Under the pieces are notes generated by a model. It did not search any database. It saw nothing but the letters and a program-made list of their open reading frames with translations, and was not told the DNA's origin. Position numbers and translations under genes: made by a program. From NCBI GenBank assembly GCA_965658725.1, contig CBFHUI010000002.1, positions 7,890-71,889 on the forward strand: a stretch of 64,000 nucleotides of DNA, in the 5' to 3' direction. Source of the DNA: Alphaproteobacteria bacterium (GTDB taxonomy: Bacteria > Pseudomonadota > Alphaproteobacteria > UBA7985). Each line of letters begins with the position of its first letter. The stretch's first letter is position 1. Of the stretch, positions 1 to 12,340 are shown in pieces.

Positions 1-48
1 AAAGCGGCGAAAAGGATCGACGCAAAGATCAGAAAGGAATTGCTCATC
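1..48 (-). CDS. 5' end of a minus-strand gene running out of the window (N-terminus MSNSFLIFASILFAA..., signal-peptide-like); product unknown
   Basis: Reverse complement of nt 1-48 starts with ATG and encodes a hydrophobic N-terminus. The fragment is too short for anything else to be said. Confidence 0.2.
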
Positions 49-227
49 GGCGAGACCTGCTGTGGACTAATTGGCTCTAATCCCCCAAAGGAAGATGAGA
101 GACTGGAATACGGTGTGTTGGATGGCCCAAGGGGCCGGAAAACGCAAGGGCTGCGACACCTCAATCGGGGTCCGCGAACGCCGGTGCAGGGTCACGGTTT
201 ATGCAAGCGAAGCCTTAAATCATTGGG

Positions 228-1073
228 ATGGAATACATGAAGGTCGCATTTCAGGGCGAACTGGGTTCGAACTCACACACAGCTGTTTTGCAGTTCTTTG
301 CTGATCAGGCCGTAGAAACGCTGCCTTGCCGCACCTTTGACGACGCCTTCAATGCTGTGCCGAGCGGCCAGGCTGACGCGGCGATGATTCCGATCGACAA
401 CTCATCCAACGGCCGCGTTGCGGACGTGCATCACCTGTTGCCGAAGAGCGGTTTGCACATCGTCGGTGAACACTTCCTGCCCATCCGGTTCCAACTCATG
501 GGCTTGCCCGGCACCCGGGCTGAAGACGCCCGGCAAGTGCTCAGCCACGTTCACGCGCACGGGCAATGCCGCTCAGTCATTCGGAAATATGGCTATGAGT
601 CTGTGACGGTGCACGACACCGCTGGAGCTGCCAAAATGATCGCGGAGGCTGGCGATCCGTCGCAGGTCGCGCTGGCGCCGGCGCTGGCCGCTGAGCTCTA
701 CGGCCTCGACATCCTGCAAGCCGACGTGAGTGACAACGAGGACAACACCACGCGCTTTGTCGTGCTGGCCCCTGAGCCCTACGAAATCACCGGGGCTGAG
801 CCTTCGATGGTAACGTCGCTGGTATTCAAAACCCGTTCCGTCCCTGCCGCGCTCTACAAGGCCCTGACCGGCTTTGCGACCAATGGCGTCAACATCACCA
901 AGCTGGAAAGCTACATCGTCGATGCGAGCTTTGCTGTGGCGCAGTTCTATGCGGACATTGACGGGGCAGCGACCGATCCCACGGTCGCACTGGCGCTGCA
1001 GGATCTGGAGTACTTCAGCGAGACCGTGCTGATCCTCGGCTCTTACCCCGCCAGCTCCTTTCGCGGCAGCTGA
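228..1073 (+). CDS. pheA: prephenate dehydratase
   Basis: 281-aa ORF. N-terminal 'KVAFQGELGSNSH' PDT-domain signature and a C-terminal ACT-like regulatory region. Start could also be the M at 237. Confidence 0.85.
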   Translation: MEYMKVAFQGELGSNSHTAVLQFFADQAVETLPCRTFDDAFNAVPSGQADAAMIPIDNSSNGRVADVHHLLPKSGLHIVGEHFLPIRFQLMGLPGTRAEDARQVLSHVHAHGQCRSVIRKYGYESVTVHDTAGAAKMIAEAGDPSQVALAPALAAELYGLDILQADVSDNEDNTTRFVVLAPEPYEITGAEPSMVTSLVFKTRSVPAALYKALTGFATNGVNITKLESYIVDASFAVAQFYADIDGAATDPTVALALQDLEYFSETVLILGSYPASSFRGS

Positions 1074-1096
1074 TCCGGCAGACTAAAGCGCAAAGG

Positions 1097-2161
1097 CTAA
1101 AGGGTCTCCGGTGAGGATTTTAGCCACGTCTCGATCATAAAGCGTGCAATCGAGTCCTTGCGTGGCAGGCGGAAATCGTCGGAGCCGCGCAGGTCGTTGA
1201 TCTGATCCCGCGTGTACCAGTCGGCCCGCTCCAGCTCGTCAAAGTTAACCGCCAGTGTTGTATCTTCCGCCCAGGCGAAAAAGCCGATCATCAATGAATT
1301 GCTGAAGGCCCAAGGCTGGGACGCCGCGTAGCGCACTTTTCCCACGGACAGGCCGACTTCTTCCTCGACCTCTCGCACAACCGTCTGTTCCAGCGTTTCC
1401 CCGGCATCGACATAGCCTGCAAGGATGGAGTGAATCGTGGGCGGGAAGTTATGGTTTCTGGCCATGACGCAGCGCTCCCCGCTGGGGTCTTGGACCAGCA
1501 TGATCGTCGCGGGATTGATGCGGGGAAACAGAAACTCGCCACAAGCCTCGCTGGTACACCGCCGCTCCAGCCCGGCCTTGGCCAGCGTCGTCTCGCTGCC
1601 GCAACGCCCGCAGAACTTGTGCGAGCGGTGCCAAGCCAGCAGGTGGCGGCCATAGGCGCCGACGCCGACGCGGAAGGGGTCAAGGTTCGGTCCGGTCATC
1701 CACGGATCGATAAAGCTGCCCTGCACCGGCCCCGCCACATCGGGCGCCTCGCCGTCGGCGCTCTGCTGGCTGGAGATGTCAGCGGCAAAGTACGGCACGC
1801 CGTCCTTGAGGCCGAGGAACACCACCGTATCGCGCTCTGTCAGCGCGCTGTTAGGCCAGTTGAGCAGGCTCTCCCCGTCCGCACTCATCAACACTCGACG
1901 CCGCCAGACCGGCATGATCACGGCGTTATCGCTGCGCAGCGCTTGAGCAATCGCGTCATCGTCCCGGCGATCCAGGCCATCACGCTCCAGCCCCTCAAAG
2001 GTATAGGGCAGACGGGATCCGGACAGGTCACGGGACGCGTCCTGAAACGCTCGCGGCGTCTGATCCCCCAGCTGAGCGCGGCGCGGAACCGAGCTGGGAG
2101 AGGGGTCGTCGCGGTCAAGATGCGCGGGCGAAAGGGGTCTGACTTCGTCGTCTGAGTTCAT
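1097..2161 (-). CDS. nudC: NAD+ diphosphatase (NADH pyrophosphatase), Nudix family
   Basis: Zinc-ribbon CGRCG...C..C followed by Nudix box GYVDAGETLEQTVVREVEEEVG. Long N-terminal region, so the true start may be an internal Met. Confidence 0.75.
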   Translation of the reverse strand: MNSDDEVRPLSPAHLDRDDPSPSSVPRRAQLGDQTPRAFQDASRDLSGSRLPYTFEGLERDGLDRRDDDAIAQALRSDNAVIMPVWRRRVLMSADGESLLNWPNSALTERDTVVFLGLKDGVPYFAADISSQQSADGEAPDVAGPVQGSFIDPWMTGPNLDPFRVGVGAYGRHLLAWHRSHKFCGRCGSETTLAKAGLERRCTSEACGEFLFPRINPATIMLVQDPSGERCVMARNHNFPPTIHSILAGYVDAGETLEQTVVREVEEEVGLSVGKVRYAASQPWAFSNSLMIGFFAWAEDTTLAVNFDELERADWYTRDQINDLRGSDDFRLPRKDSIARFMIETWLKSSPETL

Positions 2162-2199
2162 GCGTTATCTTGCAAGCCGCTCGGCTGTGTTCCATATAA

Positions 2200-2296
2200 G
2201 GTTTGAAGGTTGGGGCGGACGTGCCTCTCGCCAACCCGGTCAGGTCCGAAAGGAAGCAGCCGCAACGAGGTCGGCTCGGGTCGTTCCAATCTTCCC
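2200..2296 (+). ncRNA. ffs: signal recognition particle RNA (small/4.5S type)
   Basis: Contains the invariant domain IV motif GGTCAGGTCCGAAAGGAAGCAGCC at ~2239-2262. The 5' (gaaggttgg) and 3' (ccaatcttc) ends can pair. Sits immediately upstream of dnaX, as in the scr-dnaX-yaaK-recR arrangement. Confidence 0.65.
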
Positions 2297-2382
2297 TTGA
2301 ATATCATTCTGCTCCCCTGTGTAGCGTAAAATGTCCTCCAGAGCATTGCGCAGCCACGGCGAGAACGTGGATAAAGTGGCGA

Positions 2383-4302
<1,920 letters not shown>

Positions 4303-4309
4303 GCCCGCG

Positions 4310-4633
4310 ATGAAGAACCTCGGAAACATGATGAAGCAGGCTCAGGCCATGCAGGCCAAGATGGCCGAAGCTCAGGCACGGCTGGAGCAGATGACGGTCG
4401 AAGGCGCCTCTGGCGGCGGTATGGTTAAGGTCGTGCTCACGGGTAAGGGCGAGATGAAGGGGCTCACCATCGACCCCAACCTGATCGACCCGGACGACGC
4501 GGAAGTGCTCGAAGACCTGATTATCGCTGCGCACAATGACGCCAAGGCCAAGTCCGAAGAGATGATGGCCGAGGAGATGAAGGCTGTTACCGGCGGCCTG
4601 CAACTGCCTCCCGGCATGAAGATGCCGTTCTAA
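4310..4633 (+). CDS. ybaB: nucleoid-associated protein YbaB/EbfC
   Basis: 107-aa protein [22 protein letters not shown]... typical of the YbaB family. Conserved dnaX-ybaB-recR order. Confidence 0.9.
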   Translation: MKNLGNMMKQAQAMQAKMAEAQARLEQMTVEGASGGGMVKVVLTGKGEMKGLTIDPNLIDPDDAEVLEDLIIAAHNDAKAKSEEMMAEEMKAVTGGLQLPPGMKMPF

Positions 4634-4634
4634 G

Positions 4635-5240
4635 ATGATCCTCGGCGACCTCGAACCGCTGCTGAAGCTGCTGGGGCGCTTGCCGGGTGTGGGGCCGCGC
4701 TCTGCTCGGCGGCTAGCGTTGGAGTTGATCCAGAACAAGGATTCGCTCATGCGCCCGCTGGCCCACGCGCTCAGCGAGACCGCCGACGCGGTCCGGGCCT
4801 GTGACACGTGCGGCAATCTCGACACGCAAAGCCCTTGCCGCATCTGCCAGTCGCCCAGCCGCGCTGATGAGCAGGGTCGGGCGGTGCTGTGTGTGGTGGA
4901 AAGTGTCAGCGATCTTTGGGCGCTGGAACGCTCAGGCAGCTTCAAGGGGCGGTACCACGTCCTCGGCGGCACCCTGTCAGCGCTCGACGGGCGGGGGCCG
5001 GATCAGTTGCGGGTCGGCTCGCTGATGGAGCGGGTTCGGCGCGGGGAAGCGAAGGAAGTGATCCTTGCGCTGTCGGCGACGGTGGACGGTCAGACGACCT
5101 CCCACTACCTCGCCGAACGTCTGCGCGAGCTTGGTGCGGAAGTCAGCGCGGTGGCGCAGGGCGTGCCGGTCGGCGGGTCGCTTGAGTACCTTGACGACGG
5201 CACGCTATTGGCCGCGATGAACGCGCGGCGGTCTGTCTAG
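4635..5240 (+). CDS. recR: recombination protein RecR
   Basis: HhH motif LPGVGPRSARRLA, C4 zinc finger CDTCGN...CRIC and a Toprim C-terminus. Confidence 0.9.
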   Translation: MILGDLEPLLKLLGRLPGVGPRSARRLALELIQNKDSLMRPLAHALSETADAVRACDTCGNLDTQSPCRICQSPSRADEQGRAVLCVVESVSDLWALERSGSFKGRYHVLGGTLSALDGRGPDQLRVGSLMERVRRGEAKEVILALSATVDGQTTSHYLAERLRELGAEVSAVAQGVPVGGSLEYLDDGTLLAAMNARRSV

Positions 5241-5710
5241 GACGCGCCGCTCGCCGTGTCGGCTTTGGCCAGAACAACCGTGGTGCTGTCCACGTCCACC
5301 ACTTTGGCAAACGTTCCGACATCAAAGGTCTCGTCCGATTTGGCCCGCCAAACGGTGTCGCCAATACGAACCGAGCCGGAGACCCCGGCCCGTACGGGAC
5401 GATGAACTTCAACCACCTGCCCGATCATCGACGCGCCGCGATCGTTCAGGTCGTTGTCTTCACTCGAACTGAGGAAGCGTTTCCACAGGTTTCGGCCAAC
5501 GATCAAGCCAACCAGCGATGACACGCCAAACAGCAACAGGTTCATCATCGGGAAGTCACCGGGCAGCGCCCACGCCAGCCCGGCGGTCAGAATGCCCCCG
5601 ATCCCAAACCACAGCAGCACCGTCCCCGGCACCGTCAGTTCCAGCAGCAAAAATCCGAAGCCCAGAGCCAGCCAGAACCACGGGGCGGCGAAGAGTTCAA
5701 AGAATCCCAT
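5237..5710 (-). CDS. NfeD-family membrane protein (short form, OB-fold C-terminus)
   Basis: Two TM helices plus a C-terminal beta-rich domain. Immediately downstream of the SPFH gene, with RBS GGGAGGG before ATG 5710. Start chosen to avoid overlap with the SPFH ORF. Confidence 0.6.
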   Translation of the reverse strand: MGFFELFAAPWFWLALGFGFLLLELTVPGTVLLWFGIGGILTAGLAWALPGDFPMMNLLLFGVSSLVGLIVGRNLWKRFLSSSEDNDLNDRGASMIGQVVEVHRPVRAGVSGSVRIGDTVWRAKSDETFDVGTFAKVVDVDSTTVVLAKADTASGAS

Positions 5711-5726
5711 CGGGTCAGGCCCTCCC

Positions 5727-6671
5727 TTACTTGCTGCTCTGATCGAGCGATGCTTTGGCCAGCTCGGAAATGCCACCAATGGCACCGATCACACTGGACG
5801 CTTCCAGCGGCATGAACACCAACTTGCCGTTGTTCGACGCTGCGATGTCCTTCAGCGCAGTGATGTAGTTGTTGGCGACGAAGTAATTCACGGCCTGCAC
5901 GTCCCCTTCGGCAATCGCCTTAGAGACCATTTCAGTTGCGCGCGCTTCTGCTTCAGCTTCACGCTCGCGTGCTTCTGCATCGCGGAAAGCGGCTTCGCGG
6001 CGGCCTTCGGCTTCAAGGATGAGGGACTGCTTCTCACCCTCGGACTTCAGGATCTCTGCCGCCCGGAAGCCTTCAGCCTCCAGAATATTCGCCCGCTTTT
6101 CCCGCTCAGCCTTCATCTGCCGTGCCATGGCGTCGACCAGATCGCGCGGTGGGGTGATGTCCTTGATTTCCACACGGGTTATTTTCACGCCCCAAGGGTC
6201 GGATGCGTCGTCTATCACGCGCATGAGCGACTCGTTGATCCGGTCACGGTTGGACAGTATTTCATCCAGATCCATGGAGCCGACAACCGTACGGATGTTG
6301 GTCATGGTTAGGTTGACGATCGCCCGCGTGAGGTTGCGGACCTGATAGGAGGCGCGCGGGGTATCAACGACCTGGTAGAAGACAACGCCGTCCACGGTAA
6401 CCATCGCGTTGTCTTTGGAGATCACTTCTTGGCTCGGGATGTCGAGCACTTGCTCCATCACGTTCATTCTGATGCCAACGCGGTCAAAGAACGGGACGAT
6501 GATGTGCAAGCCCGGATCGAGCAGGCGGGTGAACTTGCCGAACCGCTCAACCGTCCACTCGTTCCCCTGCGGCACGGCCTTAACCGCCCCGGTGACGAGG
6601 AACACGATGACGAGGAAGACGGCAATAATGACGATCGAGCCGAAGCTCATGAAAACGCCGAACAATTCCAT
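5727..6671 (-). CDS. SPFH/band-7 (stomatin/paraslipin-like) membrane protein
   Basis: N-terminal TM followed by an SPFH domain and a C-terminal coiled-coil rich in E/A/R. Paired with NfeD. Confidence 0.85.
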   Translation of the reverse strand: MELFGVFMSFGSIVIIAVFLVIVFLVTGAVKAVPQGNEWTVERFGKFTRLLDPGLHIIVPFFDRVGIRMNVMEQVLDIPSQEVISKDNAMVTVDGVVFYQVVDTPRASYQVRNLTRAIVNLTMTNIRTVVGSMDLDEILSNRDRINESLMRVIDDASDPWGVKITRVEIKDITPPRDLVDAMARQMKAEREKRANILEAEGFRAAEILKSEGEKQSLILEAEGRREAAFRDAEAREREAEAEARATEMVSKAIAEGDVQAVNYFVANNYITALKDIAASNNGKLVFMPLEASSVIGAIGGISELAKASLDQSSK

Positions 6672-6858
6672 TGTTTAGTCCCTTCTTTTCCGCTGATTTT
6701 GACACGCATTGACGCTAAGCCTTGCGCATAACAGATATGTGAACCCAAAGGCGAGTCCGCAAGGGGTTCCGCCCCTCGCCTGACGCCGGTTGTCAGGGCC
6801 GATGCGCGGCGATACCTATGGCAGCACATCGTTATTTTTCTGACAAAAAGAGGCGACC

Positions 6859-7398
6859 ATGGCGGTTCTGCCCATTCTCATCGCGCCACACCCGACGCTC
6901 AAAGCCAAAGCCAAGCCGGTCAAGGAGGTGAACGACACCCTCCGCACCCTGCTCGATGACATGTTGGAAACCATGTACGACGCCCCCGGTATCGGGTTGG
7001 CCGCGAATCAGATCGGCTCGCTTGAGCGTGTGCTTGTCATGGACTGCGGCTCACGGGAAGACGACGAGGCGCCGCGCCCGATCAAGATCATCAACCCTGT
7101 GATCACCGGCGTCTCTGAGGAGCTTTCGACCTATGAGGAAGGCTGCCTGAGCATCCCCGAGCAATACGCCGACGTGGAGCGACCTGCTGCGGTACGGGTG
7201 AAGTACCTCGACGAAACCGGTGCAACGCAGGAGCAAGTCTTTACTGGACTGGAAGCGACCTGCGTGCAGCATGAGATCGACCACCTCGACGGTATCCTGT
7301 TCGTCGATCACTTGAGTAACCTCAAGCGCAACATGCTGATGAAGAAACTCAAAAAGCTGGTGAAGGAACGCGAGGAAGGCGTCGAGCATGACGACTGA
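6859..7398 (+). CDS. def: peptide deformylase
   Basis: Motifs GIGLAANQIG, EGCLSIP and HEIDHLDG. RBS AGAGG upstream. Confidence 0.9.
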   Translation: MAVLPILIAPHPTLKAKAKPVKEVNDTLRTLLDDMLETMYDAPGIGLAANQIGSLERVLVMDCGSREDDEAPRPIKIINPVITGVSEELSTYEEGCLSIPEQYADVERPAAVRVKYLDETGATQEQVFTGLEATCVQHEIDHLDGILFVDHLSNLKRNMLMKKLKKLVKEREEGVEHDD

Positions 7399-7849
7399 AG
7401 CCGCCGCGCGCTGGGCTCACGATAGCCTCGAGATCACCGATGCCTTCGGCCGTGTCGTCCCGATCTCCCTGCGCTACAACACCGGCTTTCTCGATGCCGC
7501 TGTGCGGGCGAGCGTGCAGGACTGTGTGACGTTCTTCTGGCGCTTCGAAGAAGACGCACTCATGGGCGCAGGCGGACCGTCGCCTGAACTGGAAGCTGGG
7601 TTGGCTGAGATGGAAACCGCATTGATCAGTGCAATTCCGGGTGATGGCGGGTCGCTGGTCGCGGTGCGCCTCGGGAACGGCATGGTCGAATACGCCGTCG
7701 CTTTTTTCTCCGAAGCTGCGCACGAAAGCTTTGCAGAGGCCTTTGAGCCGCCCGAAGCTTTCTTCAACAAATTCGCCGCGCAGCAGTTCGCGCACGGCCA
7801 CGAATTCTGGCCCGAATACCTGCCACAAGGCTTTGAAGCGAAGGGGTAG
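7388..7849 (+). CDS. hypothetical acidic protein, translationally coupled between def and fmt
   Basis: 153-aa ORF whose ATG overlaps the def stop by 11 nt; its stop lies 4 nt before the fmt GTG. Codon usage is coding-like. No family recognised from sequence alone. Confidence 0.55.
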   Translation: MTTEAAARWAHDSLEITDAFGRVVPISLRYNTGFLDAAVRASVQDCVTFFWRFEEDALMGAGGPSPELEAGLAEMETALISAIPGDGGSLVAVRLGNGMVEYAVAFFSEAAHESFAEAFEPPEAFFNKFAAQQFAHGHEFWPEYLPQGFEAKG

Positions 7850-7853
7850 GGCG

Positions 7854-8765
7854 GTGCGTCTGGTCTTTATGGGAACGCCCGAGTTTTCCGTTGTTGCCCT
7901 GCAAGCGCTGATCGATGCAGGGCACGAGATCGCCTGCGTTTATTCCCAGCCGCCCCGACCCGCAAAGCGCGGGCAAAAGGAGCGACCGAGCCCCGTTCAC
8001 GCTCACGCTGAGGCCAATGGTCTGCCCGTTCGCACGCCACTATCTTTCCGAGATCCAGCAGAGCGGGACGCCTTTGCAGCGCTCGACGCAGACGTTGCGG
8101 TGGTTGTTGCTTACGGTCTCATCCTGCCTCAAGCGGTCCTGGACGCGCCGGCTCGCGGCTGTCTGAACATCCACGCCAGCCTTCTCCCCCGTTGGCGCGG
8201 CGCCGCGCCAATTCACCGCGCGATCGAGGCGGGTGACGCTGAAACAGGAGTGGGGATCATGCAGATGGAAGCGGGCCTGGACACGGGTCCGGTGCTGCTC
8301 GAGGAGCGGCTGAGCATCGGGGCGAGCGAGACGACAGGGCAGCTGCACGACCGCCTTGCTGCGCTGGGCGGGCGGTTGATCGTGTCCGCGCTGGCCCAGC
8401 TCGAGACTCTGATCCCTGCACCGCAGCCCGAGACGGGCGCTAGCTACGCCCACAAGATCGACAAGGCAGAGACACGCATCCTCTGGGCCGATGCCGCATC
8501 CACGGTTGCGCGCCGCATCAATGCCTTCAGCCCCTTTCCCGGCGCGTGGTTCGAGTTGGGCGGGGAGCGGGTCAAGGCGTTGCAGGCAGAGCCTGCCAAT
8601 GGCTCGGGCGAACCGGGGGAAGTGCTGGCGGGCGACGGTCTAATCGTCGCTTGCGGCGAAGGGGTCGTGCGGCTGCTGACTGTGCAACGCGCGGGCAAGA
8701 AAGCCGGGTCTGCCGAAGACTTCCTGCGCGGCAATCCACTTGCCCCCGGCACGGTCCTCGCCTGA
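7854..8765 (+). CDS. fmt: methionyl-tRNA formyltransferase
   Basis: [12 protein letters not shown]-terminus (GTG start), [14 protein letters not shown] motif and a C-terminal domain. The stop overlaps the truA ATG. Confidence 0.85.
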   Translation: MRLVFMGTPEFSVVALQALIDAGHEIACVYSQPPRPAKRGQKERPSPVHAHAEANGLPVRTPLSFRDPAERDAFAALDADVAVVVAYGLILPQAVLDAPARGCLNIHASLLPRWRGAAPIHRAIEAGDAETGVGIMQMEAGLDTGPVLLEERLSIGASETTGQLHDRLAALGGRLIVSALAQLETLIPAPQPETGASYAHKIDKAETRILWADAASTVARRINAFSPFPGAWFELGGERVKALQAEPANGSGEPGEVLAGDGLIVACGEGVVRLLTVQRAGKKAGSAEDFLRGNPLAPGTVLA

Positions 8766-9535
8766 TGCCCCGCTTCGCGATCAAGCTGGAATACGACGGC
8801 ACACCATTCATGGGCTGGCAGTATCAGGAGCATGGTCCCTCAGCCCAAGGCGTGGTTATGGACGCGTTCCGCGCGTTTACCGGCGAAGACCTGACGATTT
8901 ACGCCAGCGGTCGCACCGATGCCGGGGTGCATGCGCTGGGGCAGGTGATCCACGTGGACATCGCCAGCGACCGCTTTGACGCCAATCGGGTGCGCGAAGC
9001 CCTCAACGGCTGCTTGCGCCCGCATCCCGTGGCAGCGCTGGAGGTGATGGAGGTGGATGAGGCGTTCCACGCCCGGTTTTCCTGCATCGGCCGCGCTTAT
9101 CGCTATGTCATCGTGAACCGTCGACCGGGGCTGACGCTGGACCGAGACCGGGCTTGGCTGGTTAAGTCGCGGCTGGATGCTGACGCCATGGACGAAGCGG
9201 CGCAGGCGCTGATCGGCAACCACGATTTCACGTCGTTCCGCGCCATTCTGTGTCAGGCAAAATCGCCGGTGAAGACGCTGGACTCTCTGCGCGTTTGGCG
9301 TACCGGCGAGCGCGTCATTGTCGAAACCGCTGCTCGGTCCTTCCTGCACAATCAGGTGCGCAACATGGTCGGCACGCTGGTCGAGGTCGGCGCAGGGCGA
9401 AAGCCGGTTGAGTGGGTGCAAGAGGTGCTGGAAGCGCGCAATCGGCAGGTCAGCGGCCCCAAGGCACCGGCCTGCGGGCTCTATTTTCTCCGCGCAGTTT
9501 ACCCGGAAAAGTACCGCTGGAGCAGTGAGGCGTAG
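8765..9535 (+). CDS. truA: tRNA pseudouridine(38-40) synthase
   Basis: [19 protein letters not shown]..., catalytic RTDAGVHA. ATG overlaps the fmt TGA. Confidence 0.9.
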   Translation: MPRFAIKLEYDGTPFMGWQYQEHGPSAQGVVMDAFRAFTGEDLTIYASGRTDAGVHALGQVIHVDIASDRFDANRVREALNGCLRPHPVAALEVMEVDEAFHARFSCIGRAYRYVIVNRRPGLTLDRDRAWLVKSRLDADAMDEAAQALIGNHDFTSFRAILCQAKSPVKTLDSLRVWRTGERVIVETAARSFLHNQVRNMVGTLVEVGAGRKPVEWVQEVLEARNRQVSGPKAPACGLYFLRAVYPEKYRWSSEA

Positions 9536-10638
9536 ATCCCGGTCAGCGCATCAAGGTCGGCGACGTCCACGCGCTCATCGACTTTGTGCATGGTCTGCCC
9601 GACCAACCCGAACTCAGCGACGGGGCAAATGTCCTTGATGAAGCGCGCGTCGGAGGTGCCGCCTGCGGTCGAGTATTCTGGACGACGGCCCGTGCACTCT
9701 TCCACCACATCCGCGATCAGTGCGCCAAAGGCTTCGGGCGGATAGATGAAGCTCTCCCCCGAAATTCTGTAGCGGTAGGAAACGTTCGCTTTGAACGGCT
9801 CCACCGCCGCGTCAATCCGAGCGCGCAGGCTGTCGCTGCTGTGCTCATCGTTGAAACGGAAGTTGACCGTCGCGCTGGCCTTTGCGGGGATGAGGTTGTC
9901 TGCACTGTTGCCGACATCAAAGGTGACAACCTGCGCGGAAGATGCCTGAAAGTGCTCAGTCCCGCTGTCCAGCGGCTCAGCGGTCAGCGCAGAAAGCACG
10001 CTTAGCAGCGGGTGCACAGGGTTGTCGGCCAGATGTGGATAGGCGACGTGGCCCTGCGTGCCAACGCTCTCAAAGTACGCGGTGACGGAGCCACGCCGTC
10101 CGATCTTGATCGACTCACCCAGCACGGAAGGGTTGGTGGGTTCGCCTACGATGCAGACGTCAGGCCGCTCGCCTACTTCGGCCATCCAGTCGAGCAGGGC
10201 GCGGGTGCCGTCCGTGGCTGGGCCCTCTTCGTCGCCGGTGATGATCAGGGAGATCGCGTCGCCCTCGGCGCGTGCGGCGAGGACTTGTTCGACGGCTCCC
10301 ATGAAGCACGCCACGCCAGACTTCATGTCCACCGCGCCGCGCCCATAGAGCACGCCATCGACCACGTCCGCGCCAAAAGGCGGGTGGGTCCAGGCCGCTT
10401 CATCGCCGACCGGCACGACGTCCGTGTGACCGGCAAAGGCAAAGTGTCGGCCATTGCTGGCACCGCGGTTGCCGAACTTGACGAAAAGATTGGGCGTGCC
10501 GTTGCGGTCAACCCGCTCGGACCAGCCGCCCAGCCGCTCCGCCCACGCCGCGATGTAAGCCAGCGCCCCGCCTTCTACCGGCGTCACCGACGGGCATTGG
10601 ATCAGGGCGCGGGCGTGGTCGAGGGCAGGGCTGGACAT
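9499..10638 (-). CDS. dapE: succinyl-diaminopimelate desuccinylase
   Basis: M20 peptidase motifs (HTDVVP, GRGAVDMK, EEG). Start at the internal Met MSSPALDH.... The 3' end overlaps the convergent truA by about 37 nt. Confidence 0.85.
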   Translation of the reverse strand: MSSPALDHARALIQCPSVTPVEGGALAYIAAWAERLGGWSERVDRNGTPNLFVKFGNRGASNGRHFAFAGHTDVVPVGDEAAWTHPPFGADVVDGVLYGRGAVDMKSGVACFMGAVEQVLAARAEGDAISLIITGDEEGPATDGTRALLDWMAEVGERPDVCIVGEPTNPSVLGESIKIGRRGSVTAYFESVGTQGHVAYPHLADNPVHPLLSVLSALTAEPLDSGTEHFQASSAQVVTFDVGNSADNLIPAKASATVNFRFNDEHSSDSLRARIDAAVEPFKANVSYRYRISGESFIYPPEAFGALIADVVEECTGRRPEYSTAGGTSDARFIKDICPVAEFGLVGQTMHKVDERVDVADLDALTGIYASLLQRYFSG

Positions 10639-10645
10639 GGGTCGA

Positions 10646-11479
10646 TCAGTCCCGCAGCAGTTCGTTGATGCCGGTCTTCGAGCGCGTCTGCGCGTCAACC
10701 CGCTTGACGATGACCGCGCAGTACAGCGACGGACCGTCGCCCGTCTTGGACGGCAGCGCGCCCGGCACGACAACCGAGTAAGACGGCACGCGGCCCATGT
10801 GCACTTCGCCGGTCGCGCGATCGACGATCTTGGTCGACGCTCCGATGTAAACACCCATGGAAAGAACCGCGCCTTCTTCGACGACCACGCCTTCGGCCAC
10901 TTCTGAGCGCGCGCCGATGAAGCAGTTGTCTTCGATGATCACCGGACCCGCCTGCAATGGCTCCAGAACCCCACCGATCCCCGCACCGCCGGAGATGTGG
11001 CAGTTCTTGCCGATCTGTGCGCAAGAGCCGACGGTCGCCCAGGTGTCAACCATGGTGCCTTCGTCCACGTAAGCGCCCAGGTTCACGAAAGATGGCATCA
11101 GCACCACACCCTTGGCGATGTGCGCAGAGCGGCGAACCACCGCGCCCGGAACGGCACGGAAACCGGCGGCAGCGAACTGCTCCGGGCCCCAATCGCCGAA
11201 CTTGAGCGCAACCTTGTCCCACCCCGGTGCACCGCCGCAAGCGCCGTCCATGACGGCCATGTCATTCAGGCGGAAGCCAAGCAGAACGGCTTTCTTCGCC
11301 CACTGATTCACGGTCCACTGGCCCACGGCCTGCTTCTCCGCAACCCGGAGCGTCCCATTGTCCAGCGCGTCGAGCGTCGCGTTTACAGCGTCCCGCACTT
11401 CACCTTGGGTCGAGGCGTTGATGTTGTCGCGGTCATCGAAGGCAGCTTCGATCAGGGTTTCCAGACGAGCGAGATCCAT
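10646..11479 (-). CDS. dapD: 2,3,4,5-tetrahydropyridine-2,6-dicarboxylate N-succinyltransferase
   Basis: Hexapeptide-repeat LbH protein, 277 aa, in a dapD-dapE tandem. Confidence 0.9.
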   Translation of the reverse strand: MDLARLETLIEAAFDDRDNINASTQGEVRDAVNATLDALDNGTLRVAEKQAVGQWTVNQWAKKAVLLGFRLNDMAVMDGACGGAPGWDKVALKFGDWGPEQFAAAGFRAVPGAVVRRSAHIAKGVVLMPSFVNLGAYVDEGTMVDTWATVGSCAQIGKNCHISGGAGIGGVLEPLQAGPVIIEDNCFIGARSEVAEGVVVEEGAVLSMGVYIGASTKIVDRATGEVHMGRVPSYSVVVPGALPSKTGDGPSLYCAVIVKRVDAQTRSKTGINELLRD

Positions 11480-11523
11480 GACGTTCTCCTGAGGCCAAAA
11501 AAGATAAAGTTGAGGTCTGTGCG

Positions 11524-12198
11524 TTAGAGACTTGAATGCACGGTGTCGTTCAGAAACGCCGTCAGGTCCAATACAGAATGGTCAATGAAGCCATCCCCAT
11601 CCTCAAGGCCCATGTTCCCCCAAGCCGTATCGGTCACAATGTGGGCGGTCGCCATGCCCAGTGTCTTTGCCGTCCGCAGGTTCTTGGGGCTGTCTTCAAA
11701 GAAGATCGAGCGGGTCGGATCGACCTCGTGCTCCGCAAAGAAAGTCTCAAAGGCGATCGGGCGCGGCTTGGGCTTAAAGTCGATGGTTCGGATGTCTGCG
11801 ATGGCTTCAAAGGCATCGGGCTTGAAGCCGAGTTGGTCGAGACAGGCCTCCGCGTGTTCCTTGAAACCATTGGTAAACACCAGCACGCGGCCCGGCAGTC
11901 GGTCCACAGCGTCGACGAGCGCGGGGCTATGCGGAATGCGGCCGTAGTCGACCTGCATCAGAAACCGCGCGTAAGCGTCCACGTCGATCCCGCACTCGGC
12001 CACCAGTCCCGACAGCGTGGTCCCGTATTCGAGGAACAAGCGCCGCTGCTCCAGCTTTGCGTCAGCCAGCGGGATATCCATGGTCTCCGCCACATAGAGG
12101 CCCATGCGCTCTGCGATCTGCGGGAAGAAATTCGAACTCGCGGGATAGAGCGTGTCGTCGAGGTCGAAGACCCACGTGTCAATGGTCGAAAAAGGCAT
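11524..12198 (-). CDS. HAD-superfamily hydrolase (pyrimidine 5'-nucleotidase-like)
   Basis: DxDxT motif FDLDDTLY, and conserved K...DS/N motifs. Confidence 0.7.
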   Translation of the reverse strand: MPFSTIDTWVFDLDDTLYPASSNFFPQIAERMGLYVAETMDIPLADAKLEQRRLFLEYGTTLSGLVAECGIDVDAYARFLMQVDYGRIPHSPALVDAVDRLPGRVLVFTNGFKEHAEACLDQLGFKPDAFEAIADIRTIDFKPKPRPIAFETFFAEHEVDPTRSIFFEDSPKNLRTAKTLGMATAHIVTDTAWGNMGLEDGDGFIDHSVLDLTAFLNDTVHSSL

Positions 12199-12340
12199 GG
12201 TGCGCGTCTCTGCTGCTTCTGTCTGCCTTGGATGAACGCTCTGCTTGCATTTGCCAAGTCCAAGGGACGGGAAAATTAATCCCCGACTCTGCGATTTTTG
12301 GTCGCTCGAATCGGCTAAATGCTTTAAATTATGCGACTAA

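Noticed and set aside
250-275. tRNA-like T-loop string GGTTCGAACTC.
   Set aside because: It lies inside the pheA coding frame (..LGSNSHT..), and no acceptor or anticodon arms can be built around it. No tRNA was detectable anywhere in the window.
1430-2155. Long antisense ORFs inside real genes. Examples: 1430-2155 (+) in nudC; 3869-4972 (-) in dnaX; 35906-37255 (-) in uvrB; 47299-48114 (-) in prs; 18146-18901 (+) in hslO; 21213-21998 (-) in recX; 59475-60422, 60548-61303 and 61090-61998 (-) in imuA/imuB.
   Set aside because: High-GC genomes generate long stop-free antisense frames. These have no recognisable motifs, Arg/Ala/Pro-rich low-complexity translations, and overlap strongly supported genes.
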